Shown here in pieces: positions 52,522-64,000 of a stretch of 64,000 nt of DNA. The stretch is from Tubiluchus corallicola. Its lineage: Eukaryota > Animalia > Priapulida. The translations under genes were made by a program, and so were the position numbers. Position 1 is the stretch's first letter, and the number at the start of each line of letters is the position of its first letter. The notes beneath the pieces are model-generated. The model saw only the letters and a program-made list of their open reading frames with translations. It was not told where the DNA came from and searched no databases. The DNA lies in contig JAQGDQ010000791.1 in NCBI GenBank assembly GCA_030141605.1, positions 1 to 64,000 on the forward strand, read 5' to 3'.

Positions 52522-53559
52522 TCATCCTTGTCTACGACAGATAAGGGCTTTCATTGCACGCCGAAACGTTCCTAATTTTCCGGAGTACACGAACACATTT
52601 ACGAACGAGTTGCACATGCCTAGTAGCAAAGTAAAATTTAACAGTAGAGGTTTTACTGTAATGAAACACAACTTGTAATACATGCAGAGATAATGGAGCG
52701 GAAAGAGTACTAAAAAAGGGCACCAGAACGCTAGGTAAAGGATAACTGTCATGCCTAGCGCTTTTGCTATCTTCAACTTTTGTTTCAATTCGTCGCCACG
52801 TGGAGCTCTTTCGTTTACGCTTTTCAAAGCAGAAATTGATTTTTGCTATCTCACTGCGACAAGTCCTATTCGAGAGTAACAAAATACCAGCAAAGCAATA
52901 AAAATTGTCCCCCATCCCACGTTTGAAACAAAAATACACGTGCCGTAATAGCTAGAAAAATGTACGCAAGATAATCCCGTGTAATCGCTTATATAATACG
53001 TAATTGCACCTATTACTGTGAAGAGAATTGTAAGGGCCCATGCTAAAGCAATAGCAACTTTGCCAGTTTTTGGTGTCACCCATCTAGGATAGTCCAGCGG
53101 GTAAACAATGGCAATATACCTTTCAACCGTTAATGCCATGTACATTATTTCGGAGCCATAAATGTTAAACATCATTAGGCTAACGACGCATGTGCAGAAA
53201 CCAATCTTGCATCGAAGACCAGCCAGAAGTCCCACGAAGAGAACGACCAATCCAATGCCCGTTGATGAGTCTGCGACACCCAGATTTGCAATGAAATAGA
53301 AAGGCAGTTCGTGGAGTGCAGGTGTATAGATGATTGTTATAAGTATCAAAAAGTTACCAGTTATAATACCGGTACCGACCAATAGATTGCCAAAGTTGGT
53401 TAACAAATGTGCTAGATGGTGATCTAAAACACTTTTGCAGCCCGTGTGGATCCCATTGTCATCAAGAGAATATGAAATGTCCGATTTATTGTGCAGCTCT
53501 GGGTTTATTGAGGAGTTGTCCCATTCTGTAACTTCCAATATGTTATCCAGCTGATCCAT
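52522..53559 (-). pseudogene. Intronless class A (rhodopsin-like) GPCR with a single in-frame TAG (52846-52848), nested antisense in an IR intron
   Basis: GN (TM1), NLGVAD (TM2), ERYIAIVYPL (TM3), W (TM4), Y..I (TM5), FWCPF (TM6), NSFVNVFVY (TM7), FRRA (helix 8); the two track ORFs share one frame: VAVR*QKSISALKSV. Confidence 0.9.
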
Positions 53560-53759
53560 TTTACGCGATGTCCTGTCAGTGCTTGTTTATTTTTATTTTA
53601 ATCTGAAAATAATTTATTTCGTAACTTCAGTAATAATATAGTTGCTTGAGAGGAAGAGAGGGCAGAGAGAGAAAAAGAGAGAGAGAAAGAGAGATGGAAA
53701 GAGAGAGACAGAAAAAGAGAGAAAGCGAGAGGGAGAAAGAGAGAAAGGAGAGTGAGAGT

Positions 53760-53814
<55 letters not shown>

Positions 53815-53859
53815 GAGAGAGAGAGAGAGAAACAGAACGAGATTTGATTTGATTTAACG

Positions 53860-55110
53860 CTTTATTTCGAATCAAAATTCATATTTACACGCACAAAATA
53901 AAAATCAAACATAAAAAATACATGCACCACAATTACACGATATCTACAATGCTACATACTACATACACAAAAGATAAAGATAAATTATCCAGTGATGCTT
54001 AGCACCAAAAAGTGCCTAACTATAATTACAAAATAACAAGATCCTCCACTGTCTTCTAATGTCAGAAGTGTATGCCACTTTCAGTTAAAGCTTTAATTAA
54101 TGAATTTGTACTACACATTACTCTCGTGTACAAATTGTAAGCCATTTTCTTATGTATAACATCAAAGTATGTAACATTATGATTTACTGAAATTATTCTA
54201 GCACTGTCATCGTATGAATAAGTGAAAAGTTTCCGTTTAGAGATGTTATGAGCTACTTTAAGTTTAGTTAAACTATAGTTATAAAAATGCCGCCACATTG
54301 CCATACCATAGAATGAATTACGAATTGAACAAACAAGTTTTAACGCTATTTGTACAATGATAAAATTTTCTCAAGATACTGTTTGCTCTAACATAGTAGA
54401 TATTTCTTTGCCTAATAATATCGATGTCATCTCTATTATCTCTAGAAATTATGTGGCCAAGATACTTCTCCGTTTCGCACAGACGAATTACGCTACCAAC
54501 TACAGTAATAGATCCAAAAATGAACTGACGCATACTGGGGGGAGGGGGGGGAGCAATGCTTAGAAGTTTCGTTTTTTCAACTTTTAACATCATGTCATGT
54601 TTGTCAGCGTAGCGAACATATGTATTCGCTAGAGTTTGTTAAGCTGATGTAGTTGAAGCTAACAAACATCCATCGTCTGCAAACATCAAGTGATTGATGT
54701 ACGTTTTTCCAATTTGGCAGCCAAGACTGCTTGATGTAAGAGCAATGCTTAAGTCCCGTAAGTATTGGTTAAATAAAATAGGCGACATTTTAGCGCCTTG
54801 ACGAACCCCATTTCGACCCTAAACGTTACAGAATAAAAATTACCACATCTTACTAACATGCTTTGTTGTGAATAATAAAACGTTAGTAAACGAATAACAA
54901 TATTAGTAAAATCAGTGTTTGTTGGCTTTAAAAACAGTTTATAGTAATTCACTCTATCAAAAGCTTTTGACGCATCGAAAAATAAAATGTGAACTGGACT
55001 CTCCCGTTGAACATAATAATCAATTACCTCCTTCATGGTGTATAAACACATTTCTGTACCTAATTTATCAACGTAATCGAAAGTAAATAGCCGTACCTGT
55101 TTAACAGTAA
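53860..55110 (-). mobile_element. Decayed LINE (CR1/L2-group-like) RT and 3' end
   Basis: FFDASKAFDRVN, GVRQG, INHLMFADD, EKYLGHII; multiple frameshifts. Confidence 0.85.
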
Positions 55111-55174
55111 AATTTCAAGAGGTTTGCTAGATACTGGGGAGAGTGCTATCGGCCTGTAATTACTTGTGACTGTG

Positions 55175-55900
55175 ACGAGAGAAAGAGAGAGAGAGACAGA
55201 GAGACGGGGGGGAAGAAAGAGAAACTGAAAGAGAGAGACAGAGAGACGGGGGGAGGAAGAAAGAGAAACTGAAAGAGAGAAAGGGAGAGAGAGACAGAGA
55301 GACGGGGGGAGGAAGAAAGAGAAACTGAAAGAGAGAAAGAGAGAGAGAGACAGAGAGACGGGGGGAAGAAAGAGAAACTGAAAGAGAGAGACAGAGAGAC
55401 GGGGGGAGGAAGAAAGAGAAACTGAAAGAGAGAAAGGGAGAGAGAGACAGAGAGACGGGGGGAGGAAGAAAGAGAAACTGAAAGAGAGAAAGAGAGAGAG
55501 AGACAGAGAGACGGGGGGAGGAAGAAAGAGAAACTGAAAGAGAGAGACAGAGAGACGGGGGGAGGAAGAAAGAGAAACTGAAAGAGAGAGACAGAGAGAC
55601 GGGGGAGGAAGAAAGAGAAACTAAAAGAGAGAAAGGGAGAGAGAGACAGAGAGACGGGGGGAAGAAAGAGAAACTGAAAGAGAGAGACAGAGAGACGGGG
55701 GGAGGAAGAAAGAGAAACTGAAAGAGAGAAAGGGAGAGAGACAGAGACACGGGGAGAGGAAGAAAAAGAAACTGAAAGAGAGAAAGGGAGAGAGACAGAG
55801 ACACGGAGGAGAGGAAGAAAAAGAAACTGAAAGAGAGAAAGGGAGAGAGACAGAGACACGGAGGAGAGGAAGAAAAAGAAACTGAAAGAGAGAGTGAGTG
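55175..55900. repeat. GA-rich compound minisatellite
   Basis: Repeats of GAGAGACAGAGAGACGGGGGGAGGAAGAAAGAGAAACTGAAAGAGAGA. Confidence 0.92.
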
Positions 55901-56602
55901 AGCAGAGAATCAGAGAGAGTGAGAAACAAAGATTGAATGGGATGGTGATTTTTTCTCGAATGATTGTACCCAAGCACCTAATACACAAGAAAGAGTTTCA
56001 GGTATCTTTATCAGAGAACAGGAGTTAAGGTAAACTATAAAGGCTAAATAAGAAATATAATTATTTAATTCATTAAAATAGTTTAAAATATATAAAATAT
56101 GTAATACACAAAAGATTTAAAAATTTATTTAAAAACTCAAAGGGTAAAGTTAAGTAACATAATTAAGAAATACAATTATTTTGATATAATATTATAACTT
56201 ACATTTGTGTTGCCCAACAAAATTTGCTCTACCTTAATTAACATAAAATTAAACATAAATCTTAATTAACGGAAAATTAATTATAATAATTAAGAAATAT
56301 AATTATTTTGATATAATATGTATTGTCATAACTTACATTTGTGTCTCCCAGCAAAAGTTGTTCGCTCTTTCTTTTACAAAAAATTTTGCTAGAACATTTT
56401 TTGAAGTTCAGGAAATGTGATTATAACAAAATGAGTTGTTTTGATTGACAATGATGTCTCAACAAATGGATTGATACAAATCGCGAGCAATGTGTGTATA
56501 TAAACTTCTGTCTGTTTTTGCGTGCGCAGCAACATGGGAGCTAAAATGTTTCTTTTCAGGCGTTAAGTTTTCTTATTCCCTTTTATGCGTGTGACTGATT
56601 GT

Positions 56603-57114
56603 CAGTGGCGGATCTTAGCTGAAATTACAGGGGGTACTGCTTCAGAAATTTTTTTAGCCATTGTTTTATTACTGTGTAAAACGAAACAAACATATGTAAT
56701 TTTAATAATGTAATTTGTAATTATAATTTAAGCAGATTGACATACGAAAGTTTATACATAAACTTCATAAAATCCTAAACAAAAGATATTTTTGCTTACT
56801 AATAGCCTAAATTGTCGCAGTTCAAGCTTTATCCATTCACAGTAAGCACATGACAACAAACTGTGTGAGTGACAGTACTTTCTCTACCTGGGCTCACGCA
56901 TGTGCGCATGCGCACAACAACCAAACACCACGTTGGTGGAGCGCACTGTGCTGGGCTGTGAAGCAAACAGTACTACCCTCACGTGCTCTGGTTCCATACA
57001 AGTATAACGAAAGAACTAAAGAAAAAAGACTTATTATATTGAATGTTATCGATAATATCGAGTGAAAATCCGGGGTGCTGCAGTTCCACAGTACCTATAC
57101 ACGAGCCGCCACTA
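56603..57114. mobile_element. hAT MITE family D copy with perfect 8-bp TSD
   Basis: CAGTGGCGGATC ... GAGCCGCCACTA; TSD CTGATTGT at 56595-56602 and 57115-57122. Confidence 0.9.
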
Positions 57115-57344
57115 CTGATTGTTAAAGAAATGTAATTTTGGGGATGAATAGATCGTTAGTTTGATGCAGGTAACTGGAAACTAAACCTTGTTAAACATTT
57201 TCATTGACTGTGTGTTTCAATGAAGGGCGAATGAATACAATGGCGCCGTTCAACAATGCACAAAGGGGCAATGTTCATCTGTTTTTACGAATTTTGAAAC
57301 GGATATTACAAAGCTTGACTAATAACAAAAGAGCATGTAATTTA

Positions 57345-58260
57345 ACTCTGACAGTTTTGCAGTAGGTAATGGAATTCGTCAAGGTGGAAAAATGTCTCCA
57401 CTGTTATTCAACTTCTATTTTAAAAATCTTAGTGCTGCACTTACTAACTCTGGTGTGGGTGTCATATTGCTGAAGCCTGTATTAATCACTTGATGTACGC
57501 TGATGACGTATGTCTTTTAGCAACAATCTCGACAGCTTTGCAGAGACTACTAGATATTTTTAATAAATTTGCTAAAGAATATGATATCCTTGTAAATGTG
57601 AATAAGACTAAACTTGTCACGTTTCGCTCCGCCCACATGCAGCAGTTTACTTTTGGGTCTGTTATTTTGTAGTGTAAAAGTTTTGTACCTAGTAAAAAGG
57701 AAAAATACCTGGGTCATATTTTATCAGATGACAATAGAGATGATTTAGATATATTACGACAAAGTTCAATTTACTATGGTAGAGCAAATAAATTACTCAT
57801 GAAATTTACTCACTGCTCAATTAACGTGAAGAGACAATTGTTTAATGCTTACTGCACTACTTTTTATTGTATGTCCACTTGGAGACATTTTTATTCTTAC
57901 AATCTTAGCAAACTCAAGGTTGCATAGAATGTATCAACACGGAAGCTGTTTAACTTTTCATATGATACGAGCGCAAGGTATATTTCTACTAGACTTAATA
58001 TTATTTATTTTGATGTGATTCACAGAAAATGTGCATACAGTTTATACGTCAGGCTGAGTAACAGTGAAAATTTTATATGCAAGAACATTTTAAACAGTGA
58101 TGTAAACTTTTCTTCTGTAATTAGACGTTATTGGCGTAGCTTGTTATATCGTTAATTGTTATTTGTGTTATTGTTGTGTGTAATGATTTATTGTATTATT
58201 TGTATTAATTTGTGATGTGTATATGAATTTTGTAAAGTTTGGAAAAAAATATTAAATCTA
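57345..58260 (+). mobile_element. Decayed LINE RT and 3' end, related to 53860-55110 but opposite orientation
   Basis: NGIRQGGKMSPLLFN, INHLMYADD, EKYLGHILSDDNRDD. Confidence 0.85.
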
Positions 58261-58733
58261 AAAATTCTTCTCTCGTACCCAGTAATAAATAACTATTCTT
58301 ACAGCAGTGGAAAACCACCTGGTACTAGATATAATAAATCCAGTTTAACTATAAAAATTAAATGATGATTTGGAAAACAAAATTAATAGTTAAAACAAAT
58401 TGTAAAATGTTACTTTAATACATCATTGGTGAATTCGGACACGGTCCATATCAAGTCTGTAGTGAGCTCAATTCCGAAATAAATAGTAGATTTGGTGGGG
58501 GGGGGGGATGGGGCATCTCTGATGTGAGTAAACGTGGATGGTTTAATCATAACTTGTCTGTTTCATGAACAACAGCGAATCGTCTTAATCCAAACATCAA
58601 ATAACCTCAACGTATTACTACTTGTATCAACATCATCATTGACAATAGACATCACTGTTTCACTGTTTGATGTATGCTCGTTGTCTTGTTTTTTCAAAGT
58701 CACGTTTCTTTCTTACTTTTTAATATTTTTAAG

Positions 58734-58824
58734 GTATGATTTGATACCCAGTGTGGATGGCAAGTACGGTTCTAAACAAGCAAACGGTTCTTGGAGTGGG
58801 ATGATGGGGATGATTTCTAGAAAG
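58734..58824 (+). CDS. IR exon g (S1)
   Basis: 91 nt, phase 2-0; YDLIPSVDGKYGSKQANGSWSGMMGMISRK is the hallmark DGKYG...NGSW.GM.G motif. Confidence 0.93.
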
Positions 58825-59247
58825 GTATTTTAATGTCTAATGTCTAATGTAATCTTGTAGTAAAACTTGTCAGCTTGTGTAGTTATAGTCTATTCTTACT
58901 GCAAATGTTCTTGTAAATAGTGTGTATGTAGACTGTTGTGGTGAGGATCCTAAATCATGTTGTTCAAACTGTCTGGTCCAATCCTAAATAAATTATGTTT
59001 AAACTAAAGGTACATTTAAAAGTCATAAGTCATTTATTTCACATTACACATTTACAATAGTTTCATGTACAATATATAGTGAAAGGCCCTACAAATAAGT
59101 TTTTATTGTTTCTGCACAAGAAAAGCCTCATACACTGTTCACCTGTATACAAATGTAAATGTGTTGCGGGCAATCAAAAAGCAGGACTTGTCCCACACTG
59201 TGAAAGAAAAAAAGTAATGAAAATAATCTGCAAATTTGAAGCGAATC

Positions 59248-59592
59248 TGTTGTGTTTTGTTTCTCTCGGAGGGTTCGTACAGAAAACCAGAAAACACTTC
59301 ATCAAATTAAACTAGTTTATTAAGCAAGAATTCTACAACACAAAAGTATGAAGGAACACGAAATGATTACAGTAAACGTGAAAATCTGGAAAACGTTTAA
59401 GTGAATCTGAAAATACAAGTATACAAGAGAATGTGTAAGTGGCGTCCGTGTGAATCTGTGTGTCTGTCAGCGGCCTGCTTCACCTTATATAGGGTGCCAG
59501 GGAACATTCTAGACGTTTCTCTCTAGAACATTCTACAAGGTAAGACGATTATTCTAATGGAACATTCTACAATGTTCTTTTTAATTCTAACA
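59248..59592 (-). mobile_element. Solo LTR-like element (TGTT...AACA termini)
   Basis: TG..CA ends, TATA-like box, homologous to 40561-40894; no convincing TSD. Confidence 0.7.
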
Positions 59593-61266
59593 GATGCCAG
59601 CGATCTCCACAACAGACTCGTATGATAAGGAAAACATTAAGTGCTTCAGAATGGAATGATGTAATGAATGAAGCTCATATATGAGATTGACCTACAATGC
59701 AATTAGAATGAAATGTATGAAAGCACAAAGCACCGTCACAGGAGTTCAAATCATTTTTGAATCAGTTTTTGTTAATCACAACAATAAGACGTTAGCATGC
59801 TTATCAGCCAAGATGTTATTCTTTACTGAACTTTAAGACGTTGATGTCTGAGTCTGAGTGAGATCGGTGCACATTTATAAGAACTAGCTAAAAATAACGA
59901 AATTAGAGGGTGCCTAGGAAAGAAGTTTGAAATTTAATATTTTACAAAGCTTTATCACGTGTGGATTCTGAAACGCCTTATCGGCTGTTGTAGCACTGGT
60001 GATGAACTTAGGCTTTAGTTCCTCTGTTCTATGGTGTTAAAAATTTGGCTCGTTCTGCAACTATGTGAATTTTGATACTGTATCTGAACAGCGCATGAAG
60101 AGCAGGTTGCTGGTCAATGCAGTCATTGCCTTGAAAATAAGATAGTAATAGTGATATTTATGAATATTACATTCCATTTTGTAGGATCAATGTTGCCAGA
60201 CACTTTCTAAAATTTACTGCTCCAAATCAATGGAATAAAATATCAATTTATGTCACAACATATCGAAAATTATTTGGCTTTAAAAGATATATGAAATCTC
60301 TTCTGCTGAAATCTTACTTATAATGCATTTTTAGGTTTTGCCGATAGTCACAGTAAATCTATCCCGCGACTGGTTATTTTGCATTTTACATTTTCATACT
60401 TTTGCATCGTGTCTCTGCTGAACTTCTTTCTAATTCATTTCTTTTCTCTTTTTCTCTATCTCTGTCTATTATTTTATCTTAATTACTCCCTGTTTTTCCA
60501 TAATTCTCTCTCTTGTAAATTAAGTCGTTTTTTTCACTTTTCATGCTGGTCTTACAAGCTTTGCTTCTTGACTACCATGCAGCATCTATTTCTTGTTGAC
60601 AAACTATTATGTAGTTTATTAACTACGTTGGTACACTTCTGTTAAATTTTTGTAATTATATTTTGAATTTTTTCCCTAACTATATCATCCTATAGTATAC
60701 TAATGTAGTTCTGTTACAATTATTGTAACTATATTTCATTTTCTAGTTATAGGGCATAATAGTTAAAGATAGTAATGCAAATTCTAATGTAAAAATAAAT
60801 GCTGAAGTGATAATGAATTACAAATTACAAAATATAGTACACTATGTTCATCTCAAGCTAATCGTGCCCAGAAAACTTTATTTTAGATACAGAAATATTT
60901 ACTTGAGGTGACAAAAGTCATCTTTGCTCACCCACCCAGTTACTACATAATTATCAAGATGTGACGATGTTTAAGTATTGATACTGCGGTTCTGTGTTAA
61001 GCTGTGAGCTGTGGTATTGCAATGCTTCTTAGAGTTCAGTGATTCTCAGCAGTAGGCAACCATTGTTTGCAACCATTATTGAATCTGTTTAAAACCATAG
61101 ATCTGTTTATTGAATCCGTTTAAAACCATAGATCTGTTTATGCATTTGGTTTGAAACATTTTTCTGCCTGTTGTTATCGCTGATAGTCGAACCTTGGGAT
61201 GTAGGAATCAATGCAACCGTGTTAACTGTGAATTCAAAATCAAGTTTCTGCAATTTCTTTTTTCAG

Positions 61267-61425
61267 GAAGTTGAATTTGGTGTTGGTACTTTCACGATGT
61301 TACATGAAAGGTTAGAAGTTGTAGATTTCACAGTTCCATACAGCGATTCACGTGGTACATTTATGATAAAGCGACCAGTACAAACGTTAAATCTTCGTGC
61401 TTTTATTGCTCCGTTCTCGTCACAG
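61267..61425 (+). CDS. IR exon h (end of S1, pre-M1)
   Basis: 159 nt, phase 0-0; EVEFGVGTFTMLHERLEVVDFTVPY...FIAPFSSQ. Confidence 0.93.
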
Positions 61426-61567
61426 GTAACTTTTTACAAACTTGTTAAGTTCATTTTTTGTATGACTGAAAGGCTACTTTAGATATTTCAGGCAATGCAG
61501 GCATGTAGTTTGTTGCAAATTGTACTAGATTTCTTAAAAAAATGTCTTGATTATATAATGTCTAGCC

Positions 61568-61569
<2 letters not shown>

Positions 61570-61624
<55 letters not shown>

Positions 61625-61865
61625 TGTATGTGTGTGTTCGTACATGTGTGTGTGTGTTCGTCTGTGCGTGCGTGTGTGTGTGATAGTGTGTATATGTGTG
61701 ACTGTGTGTGCATGTGTGTGTGCATGCGTGCGCGTGTGTGTGTGACAGAGTGTATGTGTGTGTGTGTGTGTGTGATGGTGTGTATATGTGTGACTGTGTG
61801 TGCATGTGTGTGTGTGTGTGCATGTGTGTGTGTATGTGTGTGTGTGTGCATGTGTGCATGTGTGT
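61570..61865. repeat. (TG)n microsatellite
   Basis: Long interrupted TG dinucleotide run. Confidence 0.95.
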
Positions 61866-61935
61866 TGTGTGGGCGAGTGGTTTAGATTTGCGCTACAACC
61901 TCGCCTTCTTGAGTTCGAGTCTATTGGCTGCCAAT
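61864..61935 (+). mobile_element. tRNA-derived SINE head
   Basis: TGGGCGAGTGG A box and GAGTTCGAGTC B box. Confidence 0.4.
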
Positions 61936-62216
61936 GTCATATACCCTACATGTTGTTCATTATTTGTGTGTTGCATTGTTACCGGGTTGTTGTCGCTAAA
62001 TAGCCATCAGTACTAATGCTGTCCTTTAAGTGAGCGACGGTAAATGAATCTTGTCTTTTGTCTTTTGCATGTGTTTGTGCGTGTGTTCGCACATGGATGC
62101 GTATGTGTGTCTGTCTATGGGTGCATAAATGCGTGCGTATGTATAATCATGCAAAAATATCTCAGTGTAGACTTAGTGAGCATTTGGCGATTTCACGATG
62201 ATGTTATATTTTTCAG

Positions 62217-62364
62217 GTGTGGTATTCTTTTTTCGGCAGTTTGCTAATAATGAGCATTGTGGCTCGTAACATAGATGCCAAGAGATGGCGCTTGAAGAAA
62301 AGGTCTTCTCCATTGTCGCTTTTACAGTGGCTTGATATGCTGGTACGAGCTGCTTCCATGCAAA
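62217..62364 (+). CDS. IR exon i (M1 and pore helix)
   Basis: 148 nt, phase 0-1; VWYSFFGSLLIMSIV...WLDMLVRAASMQ. Confidence 0.88.
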
Positions 62365-62820
62365 GTAAGTATTCTATCACCAGTAAGTTATTGTTTATAT
62401 AAAATCACTGTATCTTTTGTAACTCATTTGCTCAGTCAGGCCCATGCGTCTGCTTTACCCCAGCTCTTTTTATCACACACTCTCTCTCTTTTTCTCCCTC
62501 TATATTTGGCAATGTAGCTGATGATGACAATGATCGTGCAAATGGTCATACTGATGATGACAATGATGATGATTATCTAGGCTAACATAAGATGAGATGA
62601 GATGAGATAAGATAACATAAAAAAACAAAAAAATGACATTTAACCAAATTTTTGGTGTGTTTTACTAAACATCCTAACGTGGTTTTAACTATGCCGACTT
62701 ATGGGCAGTTTTAGTTTGCAAGCACACATATGTATTATGACATACATTTAACTGAACACGAAGCAAGTGGTAGATCCATTAATTCTTTTGCAGTACATGG
62801 AACTTTCATTACATTTGCAG

Positions 62821-63041
62821 GTTTTCCTAAACAGCCAACAAGTGCAACGTGTCGAGTTCTGATTGGTTCTTGGTGGTTGTTCGTAGTTACGTTAGCTGCA
62901 GTTTATACAGGAAATCTAGTTGCATTTTTAAGTCTACCAGCTCCTCTGAAACTTCCAGTAAGAACCGTTAAAGAACTGAGTGCACAGAGTATCATCAAGC
63001 CTATATTTGGATACAAGTCTAGCTGGGAAACATACTTTAAG
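62821..63041 (+). CDS. IR exon j (M3 gate and start of S2); gene continues beyond the window
   Basis: 221 nt, phase 1-0; PTSATCRVLIGSWWLFVVTLAAVYTGNLVAFL (SYTANLAAF equivalent), PVRTVKEL. Confidence 0.93.
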
Positions 63042-63838
63042 GTACTTGTATGTTACTCCACTTTTATTATGTATATAGGCTCTTCAGAACAACATTAAAA
63101 TATTGCAATGTTTTATTTAATGGCCATTTTAGAAACTTTTTACATTTATCATCTGACAATTTCATCTCACAATGTTTAGCTATGCATATCTGATAACCAT
63201 GATTTGTTTTTTGCTGTTGTTGTATTTTTGTTTTTTGTATTTATGGACGTTTATGTATTTTTTAATAGTTGTGTTCTGCTGTCATTAGCGTCTTTTTGTT
63301 TACTGTCTTTCTGAGAAGGGTGGTTGACTCGGTAACCTTTGGTTTTTCGCCACCTTTTCTCCAATGTTTGTTTTTATTTTTGTATATTTTATTTTAAAAT
63401 TATTGTAAATTTATGGAGAAAAATAAAAAATACTACTAATTACTAATTACTATCAAAATGTGTTACTAAACTGCAAAAGCTAAGAGGCAATGGCAAGATT
63501 TTTTACTCATATGCACAGAAGAAATGGAACTGATTTGCTGGGCCAATTAACAAACTGGGTTATCGCTAGCACGCTGCAAATACTTTCAATGCAGTTTATG
63601 AAATGTTGCAAGTGTTAGTCAACGCACCACAAGTAGTTGTGACTATAGGGACATAAATGTAGTCAAGTTATTTTTGTCAAAACTTATTATCAGCCAAATA
63701 TTTATGAAAATACCATTCAGTCATAATAATAAATGGCGCTTTAAATAATACTAAGACCATGATGGTAAAGTTTCAGCATTTATTACACACTGCACAGGTA
63801 TATTCAGTCATACAGTAACTAAATTGAAAGACACGAGA

Positions 63839-64000
63839 CTTTTCAGCAGAGCTCTCTAGTGTCTACTTCTGCAATTAAATCAAAATAATATTTCATCTAC
63901 TAACAAACGTTGCTGCTTTCAGCAGCAATTTCAGTTTTGTGCTCTTACCTAAAATTTTGATATAATTGCAGAAATAGACACTGAAGAGCTCTGCTGAAAA
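63839..64000. repeat. Palindromic element (probable MITE core), cut by window end
   Basis: TTTCAGCAGAGCTC..GTGTCTA.TTCTGCAATTA mirrors TAATTGCAGAA.TAGACAC..AGAGCTCTGCTGAAA. Confidence 0.7.

Overview
AT-rich, intron- and repeat-rich animal (invertebrate, probably protostome) genomic DNA, not prokaryotic; most of the ORF track is noise from simple repeats. Host genes reconstructed from the sequence: (1) first coding exon of PIGN (minus, 965-1191); (2) an intronless FIT-family/FITM gene (minus, 7313-8290) whose 5' end is followed by a direct/inverted/direct triplication with short inverted repeats at both junctions; (3) a candidate two-exon orphan gene (35183-35297 + 38232-38821, +) for a signal-peptide, single-pass membrane protein; (4) a multi-exon ionotropic receptor (IR/iGluR-like) gene with 10 phase-consistent exons from 45087 to 63041 (+), continuing past the window; (5) an intronless class A GPCR nested antisense in the IR's largest intron (52522-53559), broken only by one in-frame TAG in a TAG-CAA context. 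The rest is transposon debris (full-length-sized hAT Charlie/SPIN-like element with 8-bp TSD, Gypsy and Copia remnants, LINE fragments, a bipartite RTE element with 19-bp TSD, tRNA-derived SINEs, several MITE families, solo LTRs) and tandem arrays (43, 47, 70, 98, 48, 35, 58 and 15 bp units), several of them built from transposon ends. No CRISPR, rRNA or credible tRNA gene. All family assignments come from motif recognition, with no database search.
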